A model generated the notes under the pieces. The model saw nothing but the letters and a program-made list of their open reading frames with translations. It was not told where the DNA came from and made no database searches. The position numbers were made by a program, and so were the translations under genes. Positions 21,323 to 34,274 of a stretch of 64,000 nucleotides of DNA are shown here, piece by piece. Source of the DNA: Botryllus schlosseri (Eukaryota); assembly GCA_051294905.1 (NCBI GenBank), contig CM119371.1, positions 8,744,001-8,808,000 on the forward strand, written 5' to 3'. Positions within the stretch are counted from its first letter, which is position 1. Each line of letters opens with the position of its first letter.

Positions 21323-22807
21323 GTGAGTTTGCTTCGTATAGTACCGTGATTTTATTATTATAGGTAAAAACATTGGCATGAGTGGCGCTTATCACAACTA
21401 AAGGCTTTTTGCGCCACGGACAGAAACAAGTTGAACGCTACAGAATGTTCATAATATATAACGGAACCTAGTGATTGGATAACATAATAGGATTCCAAAA
21501 ATGTTGGAGGAACTACAATGACTCCTTTAATGCGATGTTACGTTGAACCAACGTGGTCATTCCCGTAATGCAAATCCTTCCGACCTTCCTTTCTGCGTGT
21601 GAAAATGTCCGGACGATAATTTGAGAGAATGTGGAAATATGAAATCACTGTTTAAAATATGTGATTGAATTCTAGTAATGAAACCACTTCCAATATTTAT
21701 AAAGTATCACCGCAATTGCGACAAAATGTTATTGTGATTTTATTCAAAACGGAATATATCTTACTGAGTGAGTATGCTAGTCGAGATAATTTTCACTCTG
21801 GACACATATAAAACAGATATCTTATATATGATTTGTCAACTATATATAAATGGATATGGAGATGAAATGTGCGGTGAAGATTGATATATTCGGCAGTTAC
21901 GCCTTAGTAATATTTGTTCAGTGACGACGTCACGGAAAATCAACACATGATCTTATTCGAATGCCGTAAATCTTGTCCTACTGTTCATATTGCTGATATT
22001 ATCATTCGTCATGCTTGCTTTAGTACTTATAAATCATCACAAAACATACATAAACCATGCCGCCAACGTCCTAGTGTTTATTTGTGACAAATTAATCATG
22101 TTTTTTCTGTTAGTGCCTGAATTTCCTCTTATTGGAATTCGCGAGAGGACATTACATGGCAAATCTATGCAACACGGCGCTTCTTTGCGGTTTCGCATGT
22201 CATTTGTTAATCTTTATTCGCGTTGGTATTTTAGCAATCATTTGTAATTAGGCCTTATACGATAGGCTGTTCCTGTAGCTACATAAAGCATTGGCGCACC
22301 ACTGACTTTTGATTATTTACGTTGTCGCAAAATCAATTTAAATCTTGATTACCTACGTTCTTACGTTAAGTTCCCTACGTTATCACGTTGGGCTGCATGT
22401 TGCTGTTGCTGTTTTACGCGTACGCTGTCTTCATTTGGTTGTAGGTTGCGGTTGTACGAGTAACCTTTTTTAATTCGGATTGGGCTCGAACGTATTATGA
22501 AACTCGTGGGAGACGTACATGAACTACAACGATTAGCGTCAGCAGATAACCCATTGGACAGGCTTCGTCTATTCTTATATTCGGCGGTAAAACAATCCGA
22601 CTGCCGTAGAAACAATTTGTAATAAAAGAACTGCAATTTAGAATTACTTGATGATAAACTACAATGAATTCGCCGATGGAAGATTTTTTTCGAATGTTCA
22701 TCCTAAATGAAACAGACGGTAGCGACAATTGCACCATCAACTTCCATCATTTTGGGGATTAAGAGTAATTTCGTTTTGTCGATTCAGTTTTCCTATAAAC
22801 TCCATAT

Positions 22808-23652
22808 CAGTGGTTCTCAACCTTTTTGTCTTCGCGGACTCCTTTCGGACCGTCACGGATCCTGCGGACATCCACGAAGTTTTAGTTAAAATTTAGCTCT
22901 ATTATCGTGTAATCGTCATCTGTCTCGTGCAAATGATAACTGTGGGCTTAGTGATAAACCGCAACAAAATGACTTTTCTTGAAAATAAGATCATGCTATT
23001 TATGTAGAAATTGGATTGACTTCCATTATTTCAAAGCGAATTCTGCAACTGCATTTCTTCAAATACGTGGTCGTGTCTTGAAAATCCGCTCCTTCGATTT
23101 GATATGAACGAGTGCTGGAAATCCATTCCAGAAATGTAAGTGGTGGCGAATGTAATGATAACGCGTAACGCTTCCGACGACACACTTAGGTATGATCGCA
23201 ACAAATACGGCACCAAAATTGGCAAACAATTTTTGTAATGCACATGTAACGTCAAATCTGGTCATTCTATCTAGCAGATCATCTTGAAGTTATTATGGAT
23301 AAGATGGTTATGTAATTCACTGGAGAAAACGGATTTTTGTAAAAGATTCGAAGTCACCGTGATTGATCTTGATCATCCAACTATTTTTCACAATCCTCAA
23401 CCAAACATCTCTAAACAGTTTGTATCAGTAGACTATTGAACATTTAGCAATTAGAATGATTGTACACAGTACGATATTTCATCTCGGATGGTCATTCTGT
23501 TGATATGAGCGCTGGAGTTTTACCTGTAACGAAACGAAACTGCCTCGTGATTTTCCGAATTCAAAAAAAAAATACAAATTAGGTTGTCAACTATTTTGTG
23601 GCTTCGCGGAACCCCTGAAACTGCTTCGCGGACTCCTGGTTGAGAACCAATG
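22808..23652. mobile_element. Buster/Charlie-like MITE in NLR intron 2
   Basis: CAGTGGTTCTCAACC...GGTTGAGAACCAATG with TSD CTCCATAT/CTCTATAT. Confidence 0.8.
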
Positions 23653-23681
23653 CTCTATATGCCCTATTCTATAGTCTACAA

Positions 23682-25874
23682 CAGAGGTTCCCAACTTTTT
23701 TCACCTCATTATGCCCTTACTAATCTCGACACAAATCTTCGGCCCCCATATTTTTGGATCCGAAAAAAAGACATATAATCGGGGAGCTTTATTCACCTAA
23801 CTCTGATCGCTGGTGAAAATACTAAAAGAAGCCATTTTCCGAGGTGGTAGGTGCTCGGAAAATCGGTTTCCGGGTCCACTATCCGTTGAGTGGACCTTTT
23901 TTTGCATCATATGCATAATACGCCATCTTCATTTGTATTTTTGACCATGTTAATTATAAATATATTTCACTGGATGTTCCAAAAATGAATATGATATGGT
24001 GAATGTGCATGATGTTTGCCGGTCAAAAATGATTGATATCGGACAATTTTGTTAAAAATCGTTAAAATATCGCTAAATACCTTTCAAAATTCGCTAAATT
24101 TATCGCTAGTCGCTGGTTCGATATTTTTTGTCGCTAAACCGTATGAAAAATCACTAGATCTAGCGATAAAATCGCTTATTGGCTACACTGGGTTATCACT
24201 GTACTATTCCGTATCAAATAATAGCATTATTAGCTTTCCCGCACAGTATTCGGTCTTGCTGGCTCATGCAGAAACAGCTCAAATTTGATTATGATGTAAT
24301 AACCGCGGTAATTTCGTTGAGAAGAAACGTTCGCAGCCAACGCATTGATAACACTGGTCAACACACATTTTAGGCAGACAAAGTAGGGGTGGTTTTGGGG
24401 TTCTGAAGAGGACTGATTCCGAATATGACCTTAGTTATTTTTCAAATTGGCTCTATTTTTTACCATAATCCATGGGGTTATTTTGACTAAAATATCATAT
24501 TTTCGCTGTATGGGCTGGATAACAAATCGGCTCAGTGTTACTATAAAGTTTAGAAATTCAATTTACTTGTTATTTTGACACGCTGAAGACTGTTTTAAAT
24601 CAAAATACATCAATAGAATTATATCTCGGGATATTAGATTTATCATAATTGGAGACTTTCACGAATATCGTGTACATGAATAAACTTCAATCATGTATAT
24701 AACTATTTACCAAAATACTCAAATAACGTTGCATTAACTGAATCAATTTTATGTCAACCACCTATTTTAAATTCAAAATTATCAATTGAGGTATAACATT
24801 ATTGACTTAGCTTAAAGCAAAATTATTTCTTGTACTATTTTCGTTTGTAAGCAATTTAGGGCAGTTTCTCGAAAGTCTCCAGCAATAGTCTGCAATAATA
24901 TGTTCGTCGCAACTGCAGTGATATCTTTCTTTTGTTGTTTTGATGTATTGGTGGAACCATTTCCCTTTCTATTACCTCTAATCAACGATATTATCAGAAA
25001 ATATATCAAGATGACTGAACAGGAAACGAGGTTTATTGCTCATGTTTGCTCCAAGGTTTCCATATGCAGATACCAATTCTCGAACCAACTGTTTGTAGTT
25101 GGGTGTTTAGTGAACTTCCAAAATGTTTTATTTACTACATCCGAGAAGGGATTCCATGCAGTGAGCACTTTTCTTAATATGAAATAGTAATCCTTAGTCC
25201 GTATTCGAATTTGAGATCCATCAAAGATTCAAGATTTAAATATCTCGTTTGATATGGATACTAGGTATACCCACTTAAAACTATCCATTTACTAGTGAAA
25301 AGGGATGAGACAAATATTAGTATTTTTGTTAAGCTTTCCAGGGACAAACTGGATAGCTTTATACTCCTCTTTTATCTTGGTAGAATGACCAAGTGGTACA
25401 GGAGAAAATATATTTCCATTGTACTGAAGTACAATTTTTAGGCTTGACAAACTGCGTTTTAACAAACAAAGTTCTCGCACCAGGTCATGCTAATATTGAT
25501 GGAAACACTGAGAACGACATGGGTGTTCATTGTTCATCATGGTCAATTATCTATTTATGCGAAGTATAAAAGTAGAAAAATCTAAGATTCCCTTCCTACC
25601 AAGTGAAATATTCAAGGATAAACACAGTGACTTTAAGCATTTTTAGGGGTATAAATATCTTCTTTGTAGAGCAAATCTGGCAAAACTAAGGTGATTTTCG
25701 TAATCATCAACCTTGAAAACTCCAGAAAGAAATAGCTCCTAGATGTTCTTGAACCTAGCAGTAAACCAAGTACTTAATTAAGGATATTAGACGCCCTCTT
25801 TGTCATTTTCGCCCACTGTTTCTCAAAATCACCCCCTGGGAAGGGGAAGATATCGCCCACATTGGGAACCACTG
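23682..25874. mobile_element. family-A hAT MITE expanded by nested insertions
   Basis: CAGAGGTTCCCAAC...ATTGGGAACCACTG with TSD GTCTACAA/GTCTACAG. The first ~300 bp match 1711-2000. Confidence 0.75.
24352..25763 (-). mobile_element. decayed Chapaev3-type (CMC superfamily) DNA transposon
   Basis: Terminus TAA|CACTGGTCAACAC. Minus-strand transposase remnants SLKIVLQYNGNIFSPVPLGHSTKIKEEY and PNYKQLVRELVSAYGNLGANMSNKPRFLFSHLDIF resemble Chapaev3 transposase motifs. Stops and frameshifts are present. Confidence 0.75.
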
Positions 25875-26492
25875 GTCTACAGCGATTAGGGCAGGTAATA
25901 TTTAATTGTGATTTCATTCTGAACATTTCGGTCTGCGCGTATTTCTTTGGATATTGACGAGTTATATGATTTCAGCTATTAAGGCACTCACCGTAACAAG
26001 ATATTCCTCTTAGTTTGCAGGGCGTGTAATTTCATAGCTCGAACATGTTTTCGCTCGCCTACCTGATTAGAATCTTCGGAAATTAGAGTGAACTCGAATC
26101 CGAGCAATCGAATGTTTCTACGATGCGTTGATGGAAACATATATCCATCGCTAAAGGGACACTGCGTTCCGGATATGATGTGGTCTCAAATTAAAGATAA
26201 AAGCAAAGATAACTATGTGGCTAGAGAAAAAGAAATAAAGGGATAGGCTGTTATTATACTTCTACCGTATGGTATCAATACGCATAGTTTGGTGAATTTT
26301 AATTTGTAATGCCCATCCAGTCGCATCTCCATCCCTCTTCCCGGGCCTGAAACTCAAACTGGTGGTTTTATGCCAAGGGCAACGGTATTATGAAATACAT
26401 CCAGCGAGAGTTGAAACATGATTGCGGGACCTGAGATGTAGCTACTTGATGGGGATGATATGAATTAACTCATGTAAATATCTGAATTGCAG

Positions 26493-27938
26493 CAGAATAT
26501 TCGGCGCTGATAAAAATCGTCAACGAAAATACGTTGGAAAAGACTCCCGATAATATCCTTGAATATTTCATGACCGAGGGTTTGTTCCTACCGGACTTCC
26601 AAGTTAACCCGCGCATGAGAAAAGTCGAAGCTGAAGATTACTTCAAAGGAAAATATGAGGATGTCGATGACATGAAGATAACTGTCAGGAAGCGGTCTTT
26701 GTTGTGCATGAAACGAAAGAAGGTCCTGAAAAATCAACTGAGAAAAGAAACAGCATTGCACAGACATGAATTTCATCCTGAGAATGCTCTGACATTAGAT
26801 CAGGTTTTCATGTCAATTGCTGGAAATAGTAATTCGGCCCACCGAATCGGCATTGTCGCGTCAGCAGGATCAGGCAAAACCACTCTCGTTCGCAGATTAG
26901 CGAGAAAATGCCTCGATGTAGCCGCCCGAACGCACGATGTCTCCCATGAAGTTGGACTCAAAATGATTCATTTCATTGAATTGAAAACCATACAGTACAC
27001 TAGTTCTGTGACACCATCAAAATTTCTTTTCGGTGGACTTTTCAAAAGTGAGGCAGATGAGATAAATGCTTACCATTGGTTGCAGAATAATCAGACAGAA
27101 GCAATTTTATATTTCGACGGTCTAGATCAGACTACATGGAAGATAGATCACAATAAAAATTACAATAAAATTAATCCCTTCTCCGAAGCTGACGCAGCAA
27201 CGATCATGAATAACATTCTCTCGGGCAATCTGCTTCCCCATACGAGAACCGTCTTCTCTTCACGCGAATTTATCGTATCAGAGTTACCGGCGGATGCAAG
27301 ACCTAGTGATATCATTACCCTCTCAGGAATGACACTGGATGACGCACAGAAGCTTTTTGTCTTTTTAATTGGAAAGGATGGCGCTGAAGCTTGGAATAAA
27401 ATTAGTATTATCTCACCTGGGCTACTGAACGTACTGTCTGTTCCGGTGTTTTTGATTTTAACCGCAATTTTATTTAAAAGAGATCCGAAAATACCACCTC
27501 CTACTACAGTTACTGAACTATATCAAAGAATCATTGCTGCTCTTGGAGGAGTCGAAAATGTCCGACAGCGGGACAAAATCCGCGAAATTGTAAAAAAACT
27601 GAAAGTGATGGCTTATCGGGGAATGAAAAAAGGACGAGTAGTATTTTACCAAGAGGATATGCGAAAGTTCGGTGTGTCTATAGAAGAAACTCAGGACTTG
27701 ATAATGAAGGTTCCCGGTAGCAAACTACTCAATCGACATTTATTAGAGGGTGACTTTAACTTCTTCTTCTGTCATCAAAGCATCCAAGAGTTCCTCGCGG
27801 CAAGCTTTATAGCTCATATGAACACTCGAAAATTTTCACAATTCAACGAAAAACATCTCCACGAGAAACGATGGTCGGTCGTTCGCATATTCGTTTCTGG
27901 GCTCGTTTACGACAAATCGGAAGACAATCTCCCTAAAG
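26493..27938 (+). CDS. NLR gene exon 3: NACHT NTPase plus helical/winged-helix domains
   Basis: Walker A GIVASAGSGKTT, Walker B AILYFDGLDQ, sensor-1 VFSSR, VPVF (GxP position) and winged-helix FFFCHQSIQEFLAA. Acceptor TTGCAGCAG, donor AAG|GTAAGT. Confidence 0.92.
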
Positions 27939-28591
27939 GTAAGTTGAAAATTGCAACGTCACTGCGGGCGTGCAAATGACCAAAGTCGGCAAACACCTTG
28001 AATACCAAAAAACAAACAAACCGACTTGAACGTTTGTTAGCGTACAACTAATCGCGCATAGGATAGCCTACATCTACAGCTAACAGAAATAAAACAAACG
28101 TTCCACTCCTCTGACGTAAGCGAGACGACTGGTCAAAGTGACCAATACTTCCAAGCCGTCAATGGCAGTTTGTAATAATCATATCCAAATTCGCAAGAGA
28201 CCTATCAATACCTCAATCCTCTCAACATGCATATATAAGAGAGGAGTAGCTAACAATGTATTTACGCTCGGGTGATCACAACAAAATTCTTGCAGTAGTT
28301 GAGCACATAAAATAGCATCGGCGGGATGATCAAGCGGGCGCTTAAATCAAAAGATATAGTCGAGCTAGTACTACGCGGACTGCACTGAAATGATCAAGTA
28401 TGATGAAGTTTGCATAACCGGTACTCGGTAACAATTGGAGACTGGTGGCGGGAGAACCCAACATCGTTCATGTGAGCTCCGAATAGGAGTTCAATTACTC
28501 AGTTCTAACCCTGCACAGCCCATGCAACGTAAATTTTTCTATCGCTGCGTTAACGATAAAGCAACAGACAATACTGCTAATTACATGACAG

Positions 28592-28890
28592 TGTCAAATC
28601 AAGCAAGGAAACAAGAAATTCTCGCTCGGTCGTTTCGTTCGATACTCGAAAAGAATGATGAAAACTGCATGGAGCTATATACAGCAATTTATGAAACAGA
28701 CGACGACGATCTCATAAAAAATATTTCCTTAATCAATGCTTCTTTTGTCTCATTGAGTCGCGATGAAGCTCATATAGTTGGATCGCTCACAGCAAAGATT
28801 GAAAGCCTTGATTCTCTGGATTTAGAGTACTGCAGTATTGACGATGACTGTATGGGGATAATCGCAAGATGTCTGAATGATCGTATTAAA
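28592..28890 (+). CDS. NLR gene exon 4: HD2 end and first LRR (LDSLDLEYCSIDDDCMGIIARCL)
   Basis: Acceptor CTAATTACATGACAG|, donor AAA|GTGAGT, phase 1 to 0, with an RI-like LRR pattern LxxLxLxxCxIxD. Confidence 0.82.
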
Positions 28891-29493
28891 GTGAGTCACA
28901 GTTTATTAAGTCATTGGTATTGCAGGAAAACTACATAGCGTGATATTTTAGATTTATAGAATCCATATCCGATGCGTTTTTCAAGGCGAGGCCTTGTAAC
29001 TTTTGTCATTGAATATTATTAAATCGTCACAGAACAGATTGTGATGAAGCAATATGAAACAGGGGACTCCAAACTCAATTGTGCCGACCAATTCGGGTTT
29101 TAGAGTGTGAACGAAACCGTTTTGCTCATTGACTGATATAGGACGAACTATATTCAAGAGAAATGGTCACATATCTCGAAATATATTAAATTACCAAAAA
29201 AAAACACCACATAGGTATTTCATGATTCGCTTGAGAAATATTGATAAGTATCGTATACTCTCGTATTCGCATGGATATATGTGTGCGTAGTTCTAAAATC
29301 TAAAACTACCCATGCATTATTGTTACATATTCGAATGTATGCTGGGTTATGAAATACAGTTATCCCGTCGGAGCGGCAACAGCACCGTCCTCGTTGGTGG
29401 TCTCCTGTGTCTACGAAATGGGCTGTCGCGTGCTACGTCAGAGTATTATATGTGTGGTAGTCAGGTTCGTTGAAAGAAAGATATACACACTAC

Positions 29494-30731
29494 CAGAGGT
29501 GGTAAAAGTAGGCAAGAAGGCTACTCAAGTAGAAGTAGAAGTAGCGAAGCAAAAATCTACTCAAGTACGACTAGAAGTACTCTTTCTAAAAGCAACCTAA
29601 AACTAATTGAGCTGGAAGTAAAATTTTCTGGCCTAAAATCTACTCAAGTAAGTAATTAGTTTTGACAACGGTCATAATACGTTCGCATGAGCTGTCAAAA
29701 GCTGCAAATTGAGCTATAAGGAAGGTGTAGAGAGCTTGATTCATATTGATGCTTCAAATGAGGTATCCAATTTTTGAGAGCATAAGCATTCCTCCGCATC
29801 ATCGGATGCAAAAGATATCGCTATGGACCCTAATGTTTGTTTACCCGAACACCTCGTTTTTAAGAACCTCATGGAGCGGCGACCTCACCCATATTATAAG
29901 AAGAGCAATACCAAGAAGCTGTATCGGTGCGAGATTGGTATACGCTAATCAAAAATGTAACGGGTCGTAAAAATGCCATACCATAGTGTAATTTTATTTT
30001 CAGAAAATAGAGGAATTGCTACACTTGCTTTTAAACTCCATCATGTAAGTTCTCCAGATCGAGACAAAGGAACTGAAACTATAATGATACTGCAAACTAA
30101 AAGAGAAATTCAAAAACTACTTCTAAAAAGCGGAAAATGTGTTACGTGATTCTTGTCTAGATAGCTACAGCAGTGGTCTGCTAAAACAGGTCTCATGCTC
30201 AAAAAGTCAGAGAACACTTTTGCAGATTATGACACGCCATGCTGGGCTGCTAGATTACGATATAATTGGTAAATGCTGGATTGTGAAACTGCTAGTTTCA
30301 AACGTTATGAAAGGCCATATTTACTGTGATGAACTGTTTCATATCGGCGACATGCGGTGTAAATGAAGGGAGCCACGCTACCGCCACCTAAATTATAGCC
30401 TATTCATAAATACTTTCATGTAAACATACTTGTCACTCCATATCTACTTTGCGCGAGGCGCGATGAAAATTCTGGACTTTACTTAATTTTAATGAAAATT
30501 AAATGCTGGTACAGCCCCAAAATTCCTCTGTATCTCTTTCAAATCGAAGGATTAAACTACTTCTACTTATTAAACTGAAAATAACAAAAAGTAAGTAAGT
30601 AGGTTACAAAATATTACGAATTTGAAGCAGAAGTAGCGGAAATGAGATTTAACTGATTAAGTACTACAAGTAGTGCAAAACTACTTGAGTACTTCGAAAA
30701 AGTAGAAGTACTTCATTACTGACCACCTCTG
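29494..30731. mobile_element. Tol2-like (hAT Ac-group) non-autonomous element
   Basis: Termini CAGAGGTGGTAAAAGTA.../...TACTGACCACCTCTG, perfect TSD CACACTAC, and AAGTA subterminal repeats as in Tol2. Confidence 0.85.
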
Positions 30732-30978
30732 CACACTACACAGGGAAGTACGCAAAGCAACCTTCCGGAGTCAGATTACACATCAAGAACATGACTTCAA
30801 CATTTCGCTTTGCGCCGTATAATCGAAATTCATGTTCAATTTGAATTTCGAAAAGATTTTAAATAACGTTGATAAATTTACGTCATATCGCTTGGTGATA
30901 TTTGAAACTATGTTAATTTTGTTGGCGGTTGAGATCCCTGATATCGTGAACTATTGGATATCGCATCGTAATATAGTC

Positions 30979-32030
30979 AACCGGTTCTCCCCAACCAAGG
31001 GGCGATAAAATTTCAAAAGTATTTGGCGGCCAATGAGCCTTCAAAAATGAGAGTCACGCCAAAATGAAATTACGAATAAATTGTGCTGTTAGTTTTCAAA
31101 GGTACCTTTTTCCAGATTATACCACTAATTTTAAAATTAAAAATTTGAAAACATTCGGGTGTACTTGAACCCGGCATCTCATTGTATCTACCACCTTTTC
31201 ATTGCGGCATCGCCATCCGAGGTCGATTGTAAACCTGTATGACCATACTTTGTCTTTTGAGAAATTGAAAAATCCCTTAGATGCCCTCACCGCCCACGTC
31301 GACCGAGACTGACAATCGATGCATCAGTGTATTCGATTGGTTATCAGGTTACTTGTAAGCTTTTCATGGATGTCCTACATGCGTTTTTTTTGCTGACATA
31401 CGAAACACTTCATCACATAAAGTTCAAAGTATATCAATGAACCATATCTGACGTCATTGTTCGGGATATAGTGTAGTGGTGACGATAAGCTTCTACCATC
31501 CAGGCGGCTAAGGGTTCGATTCCGCGTCGGAGGTTATTCTGGGATCCTCTTCCCCCGCGTCGCGGTGTTCTTACGACGATAAAAAAAGTCCAGAAAAATA
31601 CCCGATAAAATAGCGCACTCAAAAGGAATGGAAAGGGCAAGAAAGGGCCACGGAATAGAGCTTTACATCTCAACAGGAACTGCGAAATCGGGCACTAGGC
31701 CGAGGCTGATGCTAGTTTAAGATACCGCTAATGCCACTGTAGCCGGCCGTTCGGCATCCTCAAATCTGTTCATTACGTGCATTGTGTCTTCTAACATTGT
31801 ACATTGTGTTGTGTTCAGATTAAAATAAAAATGACGATTATTGATTGATTATTGATATCATAACACAGCAAATATCAAAGTGGCGCAGTTTTGAACCAGT
31901 ATAAAGTTTAATCGTAATATTTCGTCACTTAACAGATAAGCGGTTGCGTTTTGCTATAGAGATATAAAATTGTAATTTAGATATTGAACGGGAAGGGATG
32001 TTACCACGGACCGGCGGCTGAGAACCACTG
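30979..32030. mobile_element. Buster/Charlie-like MITE containing a SINE
   Basis: Right end GGCTGAGAACCACTG, TSD ATATAGTC/ATATAGGC, degenerate left end AACCGGTTCTC. Confidence 0.6.
31462..31856 (+). mobile_element. tRNA-derived SINE
   Basis: Pol III A-box TAGTGTAGTGG (31469) and B-box GGTTCGATTCC (31513), a non-tRNA body, and a (TTGA/TTA)n-like tail. Confidence 0.7.
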
Positions 32031-32177
32031 ATATAGGCTGCATCGAAGAATATTTAACAGCAATATGGATAATTTCCGGCTTAGTGACTTTGTCTCACGA
32101 CGTGGACAATTTTATTTCAGAATGGCTTTCATGCTCAGTTTTCCTCCCTATTTTCTAAATTATTCCAATCCTTTCAG

Positions 32178-32282
32178 GTGAAGGAAGTGGATTTGCGTAA
32201 TAACACTTTCTCGGCAACAGCACTACGTTCTCTTCTTGGAGATGGTCGGATTGAATCACTATCCGGAAAGGTGGAATGGGAC
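32178..32282 (+). CDS. NLR gene exon 5: LRR (VKEVDLRNNTFSATALRSLL...)
   Basis: Acceptor CCTTTCAG|, donor GAC|GTAAGT, 105 nt phase 0-0, LxxLxLxxNxF pattern. Confidence 0.78.
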
Positions 32283-32934
32283 GTAAGTAAGATTCCCTGA
32301 TTTATTTGTATACAAACTAGAAGTAATATACCGATTTTGATCGACGATGTCGTTAAATAACGCTGAAACCGTTCTGTCTGCTACTATATTTCCATCAATG
32401 ATCCATTTTCGCCTTCATGTATTGCCGATGCCTTGGGATCTATGTCGTCATTGCATCTGGGAGATTTCGTCAAGATATTTGATCGATGATCACAAACATA
32501 ACATCTCAACAACATTTAGATTGTCTGGATAACTGCAGGGGGGTCTTATTTTAATTTGAAGAATGAAGAAGATGTCATCAAGATATGCGACAACGCTGAA
32601 GGATATTTTGACAAAAAGGTTGATTATCAAAATTTTCAGAATGACTTTTATCGTATATGCAGCATGGTGGTAACATAGCCAGCTATCTAATTAGATTCGA
32701 TGTCATGGCTGCAGTTGCAGGAATTATCTGGATCCATATGACGAAACAATCAAGGATATTCCTCTCAAATTTTTGTAATTTGTTTTCATGGAAATAATGA
32801 CATAGATATTGATATTTCAATAAATGTGAATTTTAAGCAAAGAAGAGTCATATTATATAATTTCTATCAACGCGGCTGATCTACAACTGATCTATTACTT
32901 AACCAACATTCACTCAGCATGTTATGGCTTCACC

Positions 32935-33425
32935 TAGAGTTGTATTTAAAACAAAAAAAAAAACAATTTAAAACAAGCATGCTTAAAACATGGCCCTTGT
33001 TTCAAGCTTGATTTTTTTGATTTTCGAGCCATTACGTCACAAATCGTTAATTGCGACCTGGCATTGGATCGGCATTGAAAATTGAAAATATATGGTAAAT
33101 ATGACTTCTTCGACAAAAGGGATTCCGAACACTGTCACGAACAGACTAAAACTATCTTTAACAAAGACTGTACTAGCTATAACTGTTGAGCCGAAGACGA
33201 TTTCGTGGGTTTCAGCCATGCCACAATGCATACCTCTTCTATATCGGGTGCAAATCGTCCGTAGGCTCCTACTGCATATTTTTCGAAAGTAGGTAAATAA
33301 TTATGGCATACTTATACAACGTTTTTATTTTTTTACTTTTTTTTAAACGACATTTGTTTAAAACACTGCTTACAACATGTTTTAAACAAAGTTTTTGAAA
33401 GCATGACTTTTTGAATGCAGCCCTA
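32935..33425. mobile_element. degenerate hAT-like MITE with TTTAAAACA subterminal repeats
   Basis: TAGAGTTGTATTTAAAA.../...TTTTTGAATGCAGCCCTA with imperfect TSD GCTTCACC/CCGTCACC. A related end is at ~57235. Confidence 0.5.
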
Positions 33426-34118
33426 CCGTCACCATTGTTCTGTGGACGATATTATAAAATTCTGGTGAAAAGCATGTATTATGATACATTCCGCAGTTAC
33501 TTATACAAGAACAATGCGCTCAGAGGTGATGGGGATCGAGAATACAGATCAGTCAAATGGTAATGTTAGCCGACATGCCATGCCCATGCTGACCTATCGC
33601 ATAAATTACTTGTGGGATTTAAAAACAAGAGATTCTTAAGAACTAGTTATTCTACAAAATTAATACCATGCAGATCCTATACGTCGATAAAATCACAATA
33701 CAAGATATTAGAATTGATTAATATGTCCAAGTCATGTGATACAACCTTTCACTTCCAGAATTCATTAAGTAAAACTGCTGCGGTCGGGCATAATGCAAAA
33801 ACTACTCGTCACGTCGGAGTAAAATCGTTTTTTGCCTTCTGTAGTAAACCTCATTGCTAATTTAAAATTCAAACAGCTAACAGTTGCCCTCAATTCTAGT
33901 TTGATCTCCTCTATACCTGTGTATTCTCTGATCAAAAGTCAGGAAATATTTGGAACATTGACAACCAATAGGTATGCTTTTAAATATGTGGGTTTCAGTA
34001 AGTGATGCGTCGTTGGATAGTCGTAGCAATTATTTGAACCTATATCAGAGGGTATGCTGCCTTATTAATTTTACGTATGGTAGTTGATGACGCAACAAAA
34101 TACATTCTCTTTCCACAG

Positions 34119-34274
34119 ACGTCAACTCTGGCAGTAGAACAGATTCCTTCCCTCACAACTGTCATATTTTGTGGGAGACTTTTCGATGCAGAATATATCA
34201 AATTGAATGAACAACAACATCTTTTTGTCAAGCAGGATGATTTGATTCAGATCAACGACGTGAACTTGAAAAGG
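34119..34274 (+). CDS. NLR gene putative exon 6 (degenerate LRR region)
   Basis: Strong acceptor TTCTCTTTCCACAG|, donor AGG|GTAAGT, 156 nt open, phase 0-0. Confidence 0.68.
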
